This document shows, piece after piece, positions 1 to 12,151 of a DNA stretch of 64,000 bases (positions are counted from its first letter, which is position 1; each line of letters opens with the position of its first letter). This DNA comes from Phoronis australis (taxonomy: Eukaryota; Animalia; Phoronida). The notes under the pieces are model-generated. The model searched no databases. It worked only from the letters and a program-made list of their open reading frames with translations, and was not told the DNA's origin. The position numbers were made by a program, and so were the translations under genes. The DNA is taken from NCBI GenBank assembly GCA_002633005.1, contig NMRA01000060.1:728851-792850 (forward strand). The letters are read 5' to 3'.

Positions 1-196
1 GGCCGATATCCTAACAGGCCGATATCCTCACTGGCCGATATCCTAACTGGCCCATATCCTAACTGGCCGATATCCTAACTGGCCGATATCCTAACTGGTT
101 AATATCTTAACTGGCTAATATCCTGACTGGCTGATACCCTAACTGGCTTATATCCTAACTGGCTGATATCCTAACTAGCTGATATCCTACCTGGCT
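1..196. repeat. 16-bp minisatellite (GGCCGATATCCTAACT)n, about 12 units, running off the left edge
   Basis: Direct tandem copies of ggccgatatcctaact with few substitutions. The last unit overlaps the ZnT1 exon/intron junction at 191/190. Confidence 0.95.
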
Positions 197-517
197 TAGT
201 CTTTTTCTGCGTCTCCTTCTCAGTGGCCACTGCTTGTTCATAATGCTTCGCCTCCATAATGGTGACACATGACAACTGACCGTTGTCCTCTCCAGCCTCG
301 AGTTCATCCTCGTCATCTTGCTGTGATGCAATGTCCGCTGTAAGGTTCGTCATTTCTGCATCCGTGGCGGGCGGTGAGAGGTCTCCATGATGGATAGCTT
401 GACCGTTAACAGCAGGCGAATGAGAATGGTCATGGTTTCCACCATGAGAGTGGCCGTGACTGCCTTCACCATGAGAGTGGCCATGACTACCTTCACCACC
501 ATGAGAGTGGCCGTGAC
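191..517 (-). CDS. SLC30A1: ZnT1/SLC30A1-like zinc exporter, coding exon 4 (His-rich cytosolic loop); the gene continues off the left edge
   Basis: Acceptor ttttag at 519/518 and donor CCAG|GTAGGA at 190; phase 1 in, phase 1 out. Encodes GHGHSHGGEGSHGHSHGEGSHGHSHGGNHDHSHS followed by an acidic linker, the typical loop between TM4 and TM5 of CDF/ZnT proteins. Confidence 0.9.
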
Positions 518-994
518 CTAAAATAAATCTCATAGTTGACAAGGACTCGCACGTCCAGTTTAAAGTAAAACAGACTACATAATATATGCAGCCAAGAGAC
601 AAACCAAACAACCTTTGATGTGAAAATATTCTGCCACACAATCTACTTGGGATTATGGAAGAAAGACACATCAGCAATAACACCTGGCAAACATGTGCAT
701 TTTTTTCCCAGGCACATGCTGTGTAAATGTCATAAGCCCTGTTTACTTGACGGTGTTTACACCCACTTTCAAGGATCCTGTCAATGTAAATCTAAATTGA
801 TTTCACACGATGCACTATACACCTGGCACATGTGAATGTGATTTATACTTCTGCACTGGTGTAAAAGCAAGATCACTCCGCCAAAAGTGCCAATACAAAA
901 TTATTTCTGTGATCTCATCTCTTCTTAAAGGACACCACATCCCTTTAAAAGTCCAAAAGATCTTTTGTTGCCATGTGTTGCTTGGAATGTTGAA

Positions 995-996
<2 letters not shown>

Positions 997-1039
<43 letters not shown>

Positions 1040-1135
1040 CTGCTGCTGTTGCTGGTGCTGCTGATGTTGTTGCTGCTGCTGCTGCTGATGCTGCTGCTGC
1101 TGCGCTGCTGATGCTGCTACCTTGTTGCTGCTGCT
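997..1135. repeat. (CTG)n-type trinucleotide microsatellite in a ZnT1 intron
   Basis: Runs of gctgctgct with gat/gtt interruptions. Confidence 0.95.
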
Positions 1136-1469
1136 TGCCTGCCTGCAAATGCTGCCAGAAACTTAGTTAATGACTACAATGGACGACTCAGGCAGCACAA
1201 TCTTCAACCCTTCTGTAAGTCCATACAACCAGTTTGCAACTCTTATTTTGCATGATATACATCGAGTTCAGAGATTATTCATTGCTTAAAAAAAATGGAT
1301 TTGACCCTTCAAATCTCATTTACTGAAGTTTGTGACCAGCACTTTCAAAAGACTTAATTAGAGCTGTATGGAGCTTTAAGAATAAATCAATTATGCAGAA
1401 TGAAAGTCCCAAATTTGACTAGTTAGATCATTTATTATTCATTAGTCATGAAAGTGAGACTTAACTTAC

Positions 1470-1566
1470 CAAACAAGAAGAGGCCAATCAGATTGACTAG
1501 GAGACCAGCACCACCAACAATCAACATTAACTGTGGGTTATTCACCTTGTCTGTGGTAATGAGGCG
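1470..1566 (-). CDS. SLC30A1: ZnT1/SLC30A1-like coding exon 3 (TM4)
   Basis: tttacag|CGC...TTT G|GTAAGT, 97 nt, RLITTDKVNNPQLMLIVGGAGLLVNLIGLFLF. Phase 0 in and phase 1 out match the neighbouring exons. Confidence 0.92.
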
Positions 1567-4500
1567 CTGTAAACAGTTGATATATTCGAGAAAAGCTGTT
1601 AAGTGCCAACAGATCATAGGCGTATCAAGAGCTGGTCAGGCAAACTGGCAGAGTAGAAATCAGTGGAGACTGGGAGGGGGGTTAGGAATAACATCTTTCT
1701 CTGCCTTCGTTCAGGCGCAAACTTATAGCACATGGTCGCATCCGCAAGTCTAGATACATTAACAGTAAGCAACTAGCAACTCCAACTAAGGAGCTGCGTA
1801 CAGTAGGTAAAAAAATGGACATTTAATCATCCTGTAAACATATGACACCATCATAAGGTCTAAAGATCGGTGGTCATTCGTTCACAAATTTGACATTCTT
1901 GAGCTTTTTTCGGTGTATCTGGGTTCAATTTATTTCAGGTAATAAAACCACTGGCCCATACTGCAAACCATAACACATTAGCATTCATGTACACAAGCAC
2001 ACATTTTACATCTTCACAATAGATTGGCATCTTTCTTCAGATTTTAATAAAAATTTGAACAGGTTTCTCAACTCTTTTATAATGTTTGTTTTTGTTATTT
2101 TTACAAAAGTACCATCAACTATATTTCTAACAGGATCAAGGTATGTATTTTTTGGCAAAGATCCATTATGTAAAGGACACACTTAAAAATTTATTTCACT
2201 TTTAACAACATTTAAGTCAAACACCCTTTGTGAGCACCCCAGTATCCATTATTCCACCAACTATTGGCATTAAACTGGACTGACCTGAATTTGGTGTAAC
2301 AGGGTGAAAGACCATTCTAAGGATAACCACTGTGGTGTTGTAAATCATTCATTAGAGACTGTTATTATATTATAGTCTGACCTGAGTTTACTGGACTGTA
2401 TGATATTGCTTACAAAGGAACCTATTCACATAAGGGGGGAAACATGCTGAGTATTACCTAAACAGAAAATTGGAGCTTACAATTATCTCCAGCTCTGGTG
2501 ACTGGTGTTGTCAGCTGTGCCCAGCATTTTTCTCTCACTTTGCACTTCCAGGTGATCTTCAACAGTGTGACTATATATAATATACTGTGTCTTGACTGGT
2601 TTGATTTGATGCTGTCATACTACATCTCCCTGGAGATGGTTTGTTTGTAATAAAACGAAACTTTGGATATGTATATGTCAATCTTCACATGTGTGCTTGT
2701 GATAAGACTCTTGAGATTGTAATATATTTTCACTGTGTGCTCAAAGTCAGATTTGAGAAAGTTTGATAAATTCGACAAATACCCCTGGATGCGTGATCTG
2801 AAATTCTTTGCATTCCCCACATCAATGAGAGACATTAAAATGTGCCACTGATTTTCGAAACGAGGTCACGCACTTTCACATCTCTGATACAAAGGAGAAT
2901 TCTATCACCATGTAATCCAGGACAGCCCTATTAGTCTATGTGTTTAATGCGCAGAGTTAGCACACATCAAAGAATCATCAGCAAACAACTAAATTGAATA
3001 CATAAATTATAAAATTAATGGCCCAACATTTAGAAGAGAACGGCCAGTCATTTCCAATTCTTGCTACAGGTCGTTCAGGTAAAGTGAAAACAAAAAGATT
3101 ATAGTTGGCAACCCTGTCTCACACCTAATGTACAATCAATAAAAACCTGTTACGGAACAGAAGTTCATAATCTACTTGCACACAGGATTTCACACTTTCT
3201 CGGTCATATTCTGAAGGACTCTCAGCATTTTGCATTTCATAACATAGTTTGTAAACTTGTATTGAAGGTTCGTCACGCAAGGCCTTTTAAAAACGTATTA
3301 AGACACATACAGTAAAACCTCTCAGTCTAGAACCATATATTATAAAGTAATGAGAATTTCAATACAAAAATATTGCCATCTCTCTCAAGTGGATAATAAT
3401 TTGAGTCTACCTCTTCAACAACAGCACTTGTAAACAAGACAATAAGGGCTCAGACACAATGACCTAATCTGCTGCACTCTGATCATGATAAGCTGTAGGT
3501 GTTGTGCAACCTATACCCTCATGGCTTGCAGTACTTCCATTTACAATGCACAACTGTACTGATTTGCATATTAGTATCAACGATAATTCTAAACCATGGT
3601 TTTAGTCAACACCATCAGAACATTAGTAACAGTATCACATGGATACCCCATGAGGTTAAACACATTGAAGTAAACCTCGTCAGAACTGATAAAGCCATCC
3701 AGGGCAGCTGTGCAGACCTTAAACTCGCCATAAATTAAAATATTTCAGTCAGGATCACTCGCTTCACAACCTAAGGCAAAATTTTTTAATTTTTCCAAAT
3801 ATAGATTCATGGGCATACTTTGAGTGCATAGGTGGTATATACACATACAATTGGTGTCTCATCTTTTTACAGTTGTGCATTTCCAACAAGCAATTTCTTT
3901 TTTAGTTATTTATCAGCCACTGAAATTTGGAAAATTGCAACCACTTCTATATTTAATATACCAAGGAGTAAACAAAGCAAAAACTGTTCATAATTCTCTT
4001 TATCTTGTATAAAATACATCTTGACAATTTGTAAAAAATGAAAAGGAGAGCACAATTTGTCTTCTATTAAAATGTTTGCAGAAACGTTCGCGAAACTCTC
4101 TTTGATTGAAAGTAGGGAATTTCACAAAACACAAAACCGATCTTTAAGACTTAAACAATCTGATGTATTTGCTTGCTCCTAACTACGCTAATGTATAGCA
4201 GGAAGTAAATGGAAATGCTATTTGAACATCATATATACTAAACAAAGTGTAGTTGCATTCATTGGCAACTTGTAAATGGGAAAACAAAAAATTCTGCAAA
4301 AAGGTTACTAATGAAATACCTTGGGGGCTCACATGGCCTGCATCATGTAGTGTTTTTCCCAAACACCACGTCATGATACTTACTGGACATGGTTGAATGA
4401 TTTACAGCGGATCATTTTTGACGCAAAGCCCGTTCTTAAAAACATTTGACAATTTTCAACTTGTACTTCATATTCACATCATCGCTATATGTTGTGTTTC

Positions 4501-4622
4501 TAACTAATTTGACCAAGCAATCACAAAGATAAGGAATTAGAGCGGAAATTCCACTTTTTAAGATGAAATACTTCACAAAGTAGGGCTACTCTCTACTGAA
4601 GCAGAAAGATTCAAGTACTCAC

Positions 4623-4745
4623 TTGTATTGATTCCACAGCAATACTGAAGCAAAGTGCGACAAGGAAGACTGCATTAACCATAGCCCCAAGCACCTCAGC
4701 TCGCTGCCAACCAAAGGTGTTCTTAGATGATTTAATCTTGGACAC
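4623..4745 (-). CDS. SLC30A1: ZnT1/SLC30A1-like coding exon 2 (TM3); absent from the ORF track
   Basis: cctttacag|GTG...CAA|GTGAGT, 123 nt, VSKIKSSKNTFGWQRAEVLGAMVNAVFLVALCFSIAVESIQ, containing the CDF signature TFGW.RAEVLGA..N. Confidence 0.95.
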
Positions 4746-5117
4746 CTGTAAAGGAAGTCATAGATTCATGCAGACTCACCGTCACTCCAATATCCTTCAC
4801 GAACAGCTCTATAGCCATCGTTTGTAGTAAATTATAAAAATATTTCTCAAAATACTGGTTTTAGCAGAGAATGACAGCTAATAACATATATTTAGATATA
4901 TCTAATAATAAAATAAAATGCCTCAGCGTTTGGAAGGTAAATCAATCCATCTTCACCAAGGGTATTTTTGTTAACATGTGACCATGATGACTGATATTTA
5001 GACATCAAATGGTAATTGCATGACAAACTTAAGCTTTGGCAGATCTAGATTATCACGAGGAGGAAGACCGACCATAATGTACAGAGTCTGTTGGTGATAG
5101 CAGTGCTACCACTTAAC

Positions 5118-6387
5118 CAGGGCTTTCATCTAGTGAGTGTCCAAGGCGTCCAAGTGGATACCCAGTGCCAAATTTGGACGCCTTTAGAATGCCAAACCGG
5201 CTTTTAGATGTCCAGTTTCTTATCAATTTGTGTGCTAGCACCTAAGTGAACAACAGGAACAGCCAGGCAGCAACTTTCATGTTCATTGAACAATGACCAA
5301 GCAGGATGAAAAGACTAATCACAGCCCACTTTGTGAGGCAAGACTCAGGCCTGGATTATCCTGTTAACAGTGGAATACCAGAGATTTATCACCCAACCCA
5401 TTATGTGGGTGCAGGGATTAAACAGTGGCTGTCTTTAGGACAGACATAATTTTATTCAGACCCTGTTCAACAGGACGGCCAGAATTTAAAAAGATGAGTA
5501 AAAATTTAGGAAGTTGCATGAAATGACAGCCATTTTCTTACTATTACCGTATCGGCTGGTTGGTCATTGCTCGAATAGATCGGCCATCAGTTGTTTCAGG
5601 CATAAGATATTTACTACGCAAAAAGTGCTACATTGAGGCAACTTTGTCCTCTGACTTTCCAAATATGGATAGTAGATGTCACCTTCCAGTAAATTCAAGC
5701 CATTGCAGATGAGGTCAAAAGACTTCTTGGAAATATTGATACCTCGAAGAGTGATGTTTCAACAGATATGAGTATCATGTTCAAATTACTTGCAAATTCT
5801 CTATTAAACTGTTCCGGTTACCAGATTTTTAATAAAATTTTCGTTTTAGATACTTTTCCATTAAGGTGGAAACTAGGTTTGATGATACTGTGCATAACAA
5901 GATTCTACAACTGAAGTGTCCAAAATATTTTATAACTTTATCTGAACACATTGATACAGTTGAACAAGAAGATTCGTTTAGTTGTTGTGCACTTACGAAT
6001 TCATCTAGCACATAATGCAGTGCTGGACTGCTCAGTTTCTGGTAACTTGCAAGCTCATCCGAACTCACAATCTGTTTTAAGAGTCCTTACTTTTTAAATT
6101 GCAGTGGTTTTTGTATTTGGTAAATGTATATAGATTGTTTTAGCTAAGTTTACCCAACCATTTGTTAATTTAAATATTACACATTTTGTTAGTACCTTAC
6201 CCTTTTTGTCTGTATCACAAGACTTAACTATTTTGCAATAATCAAGCAACTTTCAAATAACTGTCATGCAACGTGACGCAAATCAAGGCGATGGAATGTC
6301 TATACGCTCAGTCAGAAAAATGGACGCCCACTTGACAATTGGGGTCATTTTGGACGTCCAGTTCGAAAAATCGTGGATGAAGCCATA
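5118..6387. mobile_element. Old hAT-like non-autonomous DNA transposon in a ZnT1 intron
   Basis: Starts CAGGGCTTTCATC and ends GATGAAGCCATA (imperfect TIR), with repeated ggacgcc/ggacgtcc subterminal motifs at both ends. The TSD is only partial (cacttaac/cactcatt). Confidence 0.5.
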
Positions 6388-7083
6388 CACTCATTAAAAT
6401 TGAAGAAAAGCATCCACATCGTCATCAAAAAGGTATAATTTTGCCGTAAAAAAGTTCAAATAAAGTATAATTTATTGAACTTAACTATTAATCTCTATAT
6501 TAACTAAGTTTACAAGCCTAGCATAAATTACCAAGTATTATGCAGTGTCTTAGTGCACTTTAGTTGTCATGACCCAAGGGCCAAGGTCTGTCAGTGCACT
6601 GACAGTCACCATTACAGAAGTCCAGCTTATTCTTGACCCAAAGCATTTTACAGATAACACTGTGGCAGACACTGGCACTCTTCAGGACTGACTGAACCCA
6701 TAGAAATCTTTGGAAACACACTAAACGACTCGGTTGATCAAAAATGTTGATGAATAGTTCATTTCCAAAAATGAAAATGAAGACTATGATAGCAACAGAA
6801 AGGTATGAAGTATGGAGCACACAGAAAGGTATGGAAAAGAACAAAATACGATATTCACCAAAAAAGTATAAACATGTTCACAAAAGTATAAAGTGACAGC
6901 ACTGTATAAAAACACATCCCAGGATGCTTTGCACACTGTACAACAAACAGAAACTATGAGCAAATTCAGGACACAGGCAAAGTAACGCACAACAAGAACC
7001 TTTTTAAAAGGCCTATTGAGCACTGTCTCGTCAAATTTTACATGGTCAAGAAAAATGTCAATCTGGCAGTTTAAATGACCTAC

Positions 7084-7266
7084 CCTAATGGAGGCGAATC
7101 CAACAACAAGAGCGACAACATCAGACAGCATATGGAACGAGTCGGCCACCAGTGCAATAGAGTTGACTACGTAACCAACGATGATCTCGACCAGGAAGAA
7201 ACTGGCTGTGAGACAAAACATGCTGATGAAGCGGCATGACTTGCCCTTGTAGCATGGCTTTCCCAT
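7084..7266 (-). CDS. SLC30A1: ZnT1/SLC30A1-like first coding exon (TM1-TM2)
   Basis: ATG at 7266; MGKPCYKGKSCRFISMFCLTASFFLVEIIVGYVVNSIALVADSFHMLSDVVALVVGFASIR with the CDF motif DSFHMLSD; donor AGG|GTAGGT at 7083. A likely acceptor (ttttag, 7341/7340) implies an upstream 5'-UTR exon. Confidence 0.95.
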
Positions 7267-7395
7267 GATAAATGCAGTCACAAACTGGTCTAAGGTGTAT
7301 CCTCTTGTACCAAACTTCTCTCTTCACTGAAGACTGTTGCTAAAATCATTAAGGATTAAGCAATAAAATGTGAGACACATGTAGCAGGCAGTATT

Positions 7396-7531
7396 TAGTG
7401 CTGTTGTGGTGAAATTAGAGGTAAGTAGGCGCCAAAAGCCCACCGTATCGCCTTGAGCACTGAATGTAAGCGCTACGTTCAAATGCCAAAATGGCTGCGC
7501 CTACGTGCACCTACGCCCCACTACAGCACTG
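7396..7531. mobile_element. hAT-type MITE
   Basis: TIRs TAGTGCTGTTGTGG / CCACTACAGCACTG; 8-bp flanks gcagtatt / ccagtatc (6/8 identical). Confidence 0.7.
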
Positions 7532-7794
7532 CCAGTATCAAGTCAAACTGTACACTGTTAAGAACACACCTGACTGAATTTTTGTATGACAAGAAACAAG
7601 ACCATTTGCCATTTGTCTCAAATTGTTCAAGCTTACTCATGTGCTTTCTTGGCTCAGAAAGATCGACTGGGCAAATTACTTTGTTCCGTGAGCAAACTGA
7701 ACATGTTCTGAAGTAACAGTGATCTGTCAATTCTACCCAAGCTCAGCAACCACTTCTCATCAGAGTAGACAGGTCGCCAAATCAAGACATCTTG

Positions 7795-8038
7795 CAGGGC
7801 TTGGAATGACCAGTGACAAAAAGAGGAAAATTTTCCCAGTGATGTATCATTCCACAAATAAATAGACTGGTGTAATAGAAATATTTTTTGTGTTGTAAAA
7901 TTTAATTGAAACATTTTTGAATGAATGAAGTCAAAATAATGATAAAAAAGGGACAAAAAAGAGGAAGCTAGAAATCAAATAAGAGGAAATTGAAACCAAA
8001 AAGAGGAAATGCCCATAAGAGAAAAATTTCAAGCTTTG
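7795..8038. mobile_element. hAT-like MITE with aaaagagga subterminal repeats
   Basis: Termini CAGGGCTTGGAAT / ATTTCAAGCTTTG; flanks atcttg / ctcttg. Confidence 0.55.
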
Positions 8039-8337
8039 CTCTTGGTTGTCACAATGCGAATGAGCAACAAGATATTCTTGAAACTATCCCATTAGAGTGC
8101 TTAAAAATAATTGAAAGTTTCTCACTTCCACGGACATGAGTGTGAAGTTTTTGAGAAAGTACCCGGCACCACTGTGCCATGTCCACCAACATAAAAGTTT
8201 CGTGTACAAGCTTGTACCATATCAACGCTCCTCTGAAAGTGAAAAGTGTCACAGCGTGTTCAAATACCGAGTTGTCACAACCACCACAAATGCAACCCTC
8301 ACCATTCTTTATTGTACCAAAAACCACAGGAAAACAA

Positions 8338-10743
8338 GTAGCAAAAGAGGACGGAAAGGTTAGAATTTGTTCTGACATGACGAAACTAAACGCAGCGGTC
8401 AAAAGGGAGGTATTTCCGATGGCGAATGTCGAGGACAGTTTAGCCCAGCTTAGTAAAGGCCGCGTGTTCTCGAAACTGGATGCAAATAGCGGGTTTTGGC
8501 AAATTGAACTCACACCGGAGTCGCAAAAACTCACAACCTTTCTCTCGCCATTCGGTAGATGTTGCTATTGCCGTTTGCCTTTCGGTCTGGCTAGCGCACC
8601 GGAGGTTTTTTCCCGCGAAATGTCCTCCGTGTTGGAGGGGTTGTCAGGCGTAGTGGTTCATATGGACGACATTCTTGTTTATGGCGTGTCAATGGAAGAA
8701 CACGATATACGCTTGTCTGCAGTGCTAAAATGAATCGAACATTCTGGACTTACACTGAATCCAGAGAAATGCGTTTACCGCCAAACGGAAGTCAAGTTTC
8801 TGGGGAATATTATTGACTCTGAGGGTATTCGGCCAGACCCTAAAGCTGTTGACAGTATAGTTAAAATACCCGAACCCAAGAACGTCAAGGAACTTCAAAG
8901 TTTCCTGGGGGCCAATAATCAGTACGGAAAGTTTTCCCCTAAGTTTGCTGAACTTGCTGCCCCGTTGCGCGCTTTGCTGCGCAAAGATTCTGTGTGGCGT
9001 TGGGACTGTGCCCAAACGGAGGCATTTGCATCGGTCAAACAAGAATTGAGCAAACCCCACGTACTTGCCCAGTTCGATGTTTCACTCAAAATTATCGTTA
9101 CTGCGGACGCTAGCCTTCATGGCCTGGGAGCAACTCTCTCGCAGGTACAGCGTCGCTTAGTTGCAGCGGCATCGAGATCGCTTTCGCAGACTGAGTCGAA
9201 TTATACATGTATTGAGCGTGAATGCCTTGCTCTGACATGGGCATGTGATCGTTACCGGAACTATATTGTGGGGTTGAAAGTGATTCTCGAGACTGATCAT
9301 AAACCCTTGATTCCCATCCTCTCAACTAAAGATGTCAACAATCTGACTCCGCGGTTACAAAGACTACGCTTAAGGCTAATGCGTTTTGATTTTGAAGTAT
9401 TGCATCTTCCCGGCAAAGACAACTTAATCGCGGACATGCTGTCGAGAAACCCCAGCTCCGAGGACCGGGATGAAGTGCTTGAATTAAGCACCGAACTGTT
9501 CGTGAAAGTAGCGGTACAAAACTTACCTGCTACAAGCAGGAGGATAGAGGAAATTAAGCATGCACAAGCATTGGATGAGGTGTGTCAAAAGGTCGCATCG
9601 TTTTGCAAAACGTCTTGGACAAAATATTTGTCGTCTCAAGAAAGTATCTTGAAGCCGTACTGGGATGTTCAGCACGAGTTGACTTTGGTCGATGGACTGC
9701 TGATGAAGGGTCATTGCATCGTGATTCCTTCCTGTGAAAGATTAGATGTCTTACAACGTATCCATGTCGGTCATCTCGGTATCACGAAATGTCGCGAGCG
9801 TGCCAAAGCCTGTGTATGGTGGCCTGGCATGTCATTGGCTATCGAGGACATGGTTAAGGCGTGTCGTCGCTGCCGTGAGCATCAGTCGGTAAAACGCGAG
9901 CCACTCCAGACGACGGAATGGCCCGATGGACCATGGCAAACGCTAGGGACAGATTTGTTTGAATACAAAGGCTCACAGTATCTATTGGTGGTAGACTATT
10001 ATTCGCGGTACCCTGAGATAGCCAAACTAGAAGCGGCGACATCCAGCTGTGTGATTAACCACATGAAGTCAATTTTCGCAAGGCATGGAATTCCGTTCGT
10101 GGTTCGGTCGGACAATGGGCCCTGCTATGCTTCCGCAGAGTTCGCTAACTTTGCAAAGGACTATGATTTCATCCTTCTGACGAGTTCCCCAAAGTACCCG
10201 CAGGCGAACGGGGAAGCAGAAAGATTCGTGGAGACTGTAAAGGGTCTCTTGCGTAAATGTGACGACCCTTACCTGGCCTTATTGTCATATCGAAATACTC
10301 CCATAGCGAATGGAGAGTCACCCGCTCGTTTACTTATGAACCGAACTCTTCGAACGACTTTGCCGTCAGTTCCTGATGCTAGACCAGTCGAACTCGATCG
10401 TGACTCCCTGCGGATAAAGGAACACGACTACAAAATTCAAATGGCAAAAGCATTTGATTCTTGGCACCGTGCATGGGAGATTCCTACATACCATGAAGGT
10501 CAGTCGGTAATGATTCGCGATATGAAACGTCCGGCAGTTGTGGTGCAGGATAAGGACCGCTCCGTGACTCTCGAGACTGATAAAGGTAGCATAACGCGAA
10601 ATAGGCGAGATGTCATGATGATGCCGCCACCACCACCCGATGATTCAGTATCGGCGGTACTCCCAACTTCACCGATTCATTCGCTGCATAGTCCAAGCCA
10701 CCGTGTTCGAAAACCACCCCTCCGTTATGGATTTGAGGACTGA
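8338..10743 (+). pseudogene. Gypsy pol (RT, RNase H, integrase) with one in-frame stop
   Basis: RT motifs KVRICSD, LDANSGFWQI, LPFGL, HMDDILV; RNase H DAS/ERECLA/TDHKPL; integrase HHCC and DLF/SDNG/NGEAERFV. ORFs 8179-8733 and 8965-10743 share a frame, with a TGA at 8731-8733. Confidence 0.93.
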
Positions 10744-10864
10744 TGATATTGATAGTGAACGATGACTTTTTATTATGAATTCCAACTTGGCGTTCATTAG
10801 TTGTGTTATTTTTGTTGTTGTATCATTTAGTGTAATTTTATCTTTAAGAGACTTGAGGGGGAGA

Positions 10865-10979
10865 TGTAGTATAAGTGACTTTGTTATTACGGACACACAC
10901 GGACAACCATCTTACGATTGTAGATCAACGTAGTTTCAGTGTTCCCAATAAACCTAGTTTAAATTCTTATTATTCTACA
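10865..10979 (+). repeat. 3' LTR of the Gypsy element (115 bp)
   Basis: Starts immediately after the PPT; TGTAG/CTACA inverted termini; AATAAA at 10947-10952. Confidence 0.8.
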
Positions 10980-11818
10980 CGTGCGCGTGCAAATGAGCGT
11001 ACTGTTTTCAACACCACGAAATACTTGTCATTGTTACAAATGGCCAAGAATTACGCACGAAAATGACGTTTACTAGATTGTTTTTCATTTAAACAGCTGT
11101 AACGGGCAAGATGTCAGTGTCGGTTGATTCACAGATTTCGCATGCACCCCGTCCGCTCTTTAGCTCTACATGTTGATAATTAGTTTCACACCGAGGTGAC
11201 GAGCAGAACTACTTGTGTGCAATTTCGAGGTCTGTCAGCGTTGCATGAACACACAGTGGTACCTACCTGTATTTTGACAATATATATATATATAGTCTTC
11301 ATACAGATAGCTGCATGGCTGGCTATATGTCTAACCCTGCATGGTTCCAAGTGCCAGTGTGGGCGAAATTTCCTTACATATGAGTTAAACTATCTGGTTC
11401 ATTTTCATTTTATGTTACTATTACACCTTAAATTAATTGAAATTAAACTTAATTAGTTGAACAATTAGTTAATTAATCAACCAATTAGTACATGATGGGT
11501 TTCATTATCAGTCACCGTTATTTTTCGTAATTTGGTAACACTCGGCCAGCTGTGTAAGGACTAACGTAAATACCTGTATACTAATATAGCTTTGCATCAA
11601 GGCCAATTTGGTTAGTACTAGCACACTGAGACTCAACAAACGTTTGCCCCCATAATGGGAAGAAAACCGATGGGCCTTCAATCAAGATCAACTCTGTTTG
11701 AGATGAGTATAGTCGGCAATGAACGTCAGGTTTGGGAATCGAGTAAAACCATCTCTAGAAGTCAAGTCACTAAGCCCGTCTAAGGAATAGATTTAAAACC
11801 AACTACCGTTACCATTAC

Positions 11819-11950
11819 CTGTAAAGCCAAACAGTTGTAGAAATACACAGAATTTCTGCAGCTCAAACACTTGGATCGTCTGCACACGGCTCACTATCCA
11901 GCTGAGGCAGCTGTCACAATCGGAGCGAGTTGCGTGTCGTGTGTATCGTT
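11819..11950 (-). other. Candidate non-coding first exon of the ZnT1-like gene (5' end uncertain)
   Basis: Donor CAG|GTAATG at 11818 on the minus strand, in a CpG-containing segment with the best MRE match. The first coding exon has an upstream acceptor, so an upstream exon is required. Confidence 0.35.
11881..11892 (+). promoter_or_regulatory. Metal response element (MTF-1 type)
   Basis: TGCACACGGCTC matches the extended consensus TGCRCNCGGCCC at 11/12 positions and lies upstream of a ZnT1-like gene, a canonical MTF-1 target. Core-only matches at 10985-10991, 11143-11149 and 11215-11221. Confidence 0.6.
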
Positions 11951-12151
11951 TCACACTCACACACTTAATTTCGCGCAGACATATGTAACAAAGTTTGATT
12001 TTCATGCACATCGAGTTCAATAACGCTATTACCTCGCAAGAAAAGAGCTGTCGAGATTCCAAGAGTGTTGCTGTGTATTTTGAAGCACGTGAGTCTGACT
12101 AAACTTCTCGCTGCTGCCAGACAGATCTTGACCTCTACAAGTCACAACGTC

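Larger units (their letters stand above)
8338..10979 (+). mobile_element. 5'-truncated Ty3/Gypsy LTR retrotransposon
   Basis: Domain order RT-RNase H-integrase; polypurine tract GAGGGGGAGA (10855-10864) directly followed by TGTAG...CTACA. No gag, protease or 5' LTR is visible; the left boundary is approximate. Confidence 0.92.

Noticed and set aside
945-1148. Poly-Ala/poly-Cys ORFs
   Set aside because: Translations of an intronic CTG microsatellite; exons 3 and 4 already join in phase without them.
4774-4779. Extra ZnT1 exon ending at a GTGAGT donor
   Set aside because: It would leave an intron of only about 34 nt before the 4745 acceptor, and exons 1 and 2 already join in frame.
8179-8337. 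N-terminal part of the 184-aa ORF as retrotransposon or novel fusion protein
   Set aside because: No protease or RT motifs are recognisable before about VAKEDGKVRI; it is most simply a chance open frame in flanking DNA.
8731-8733. Programmed stop-codon readthrough in pol
   Set aside because: The stop falls inside RT, where Arg is plausible (CGA>TGA). Gypsy recoding occurs at gag-pol, not mid-RT.
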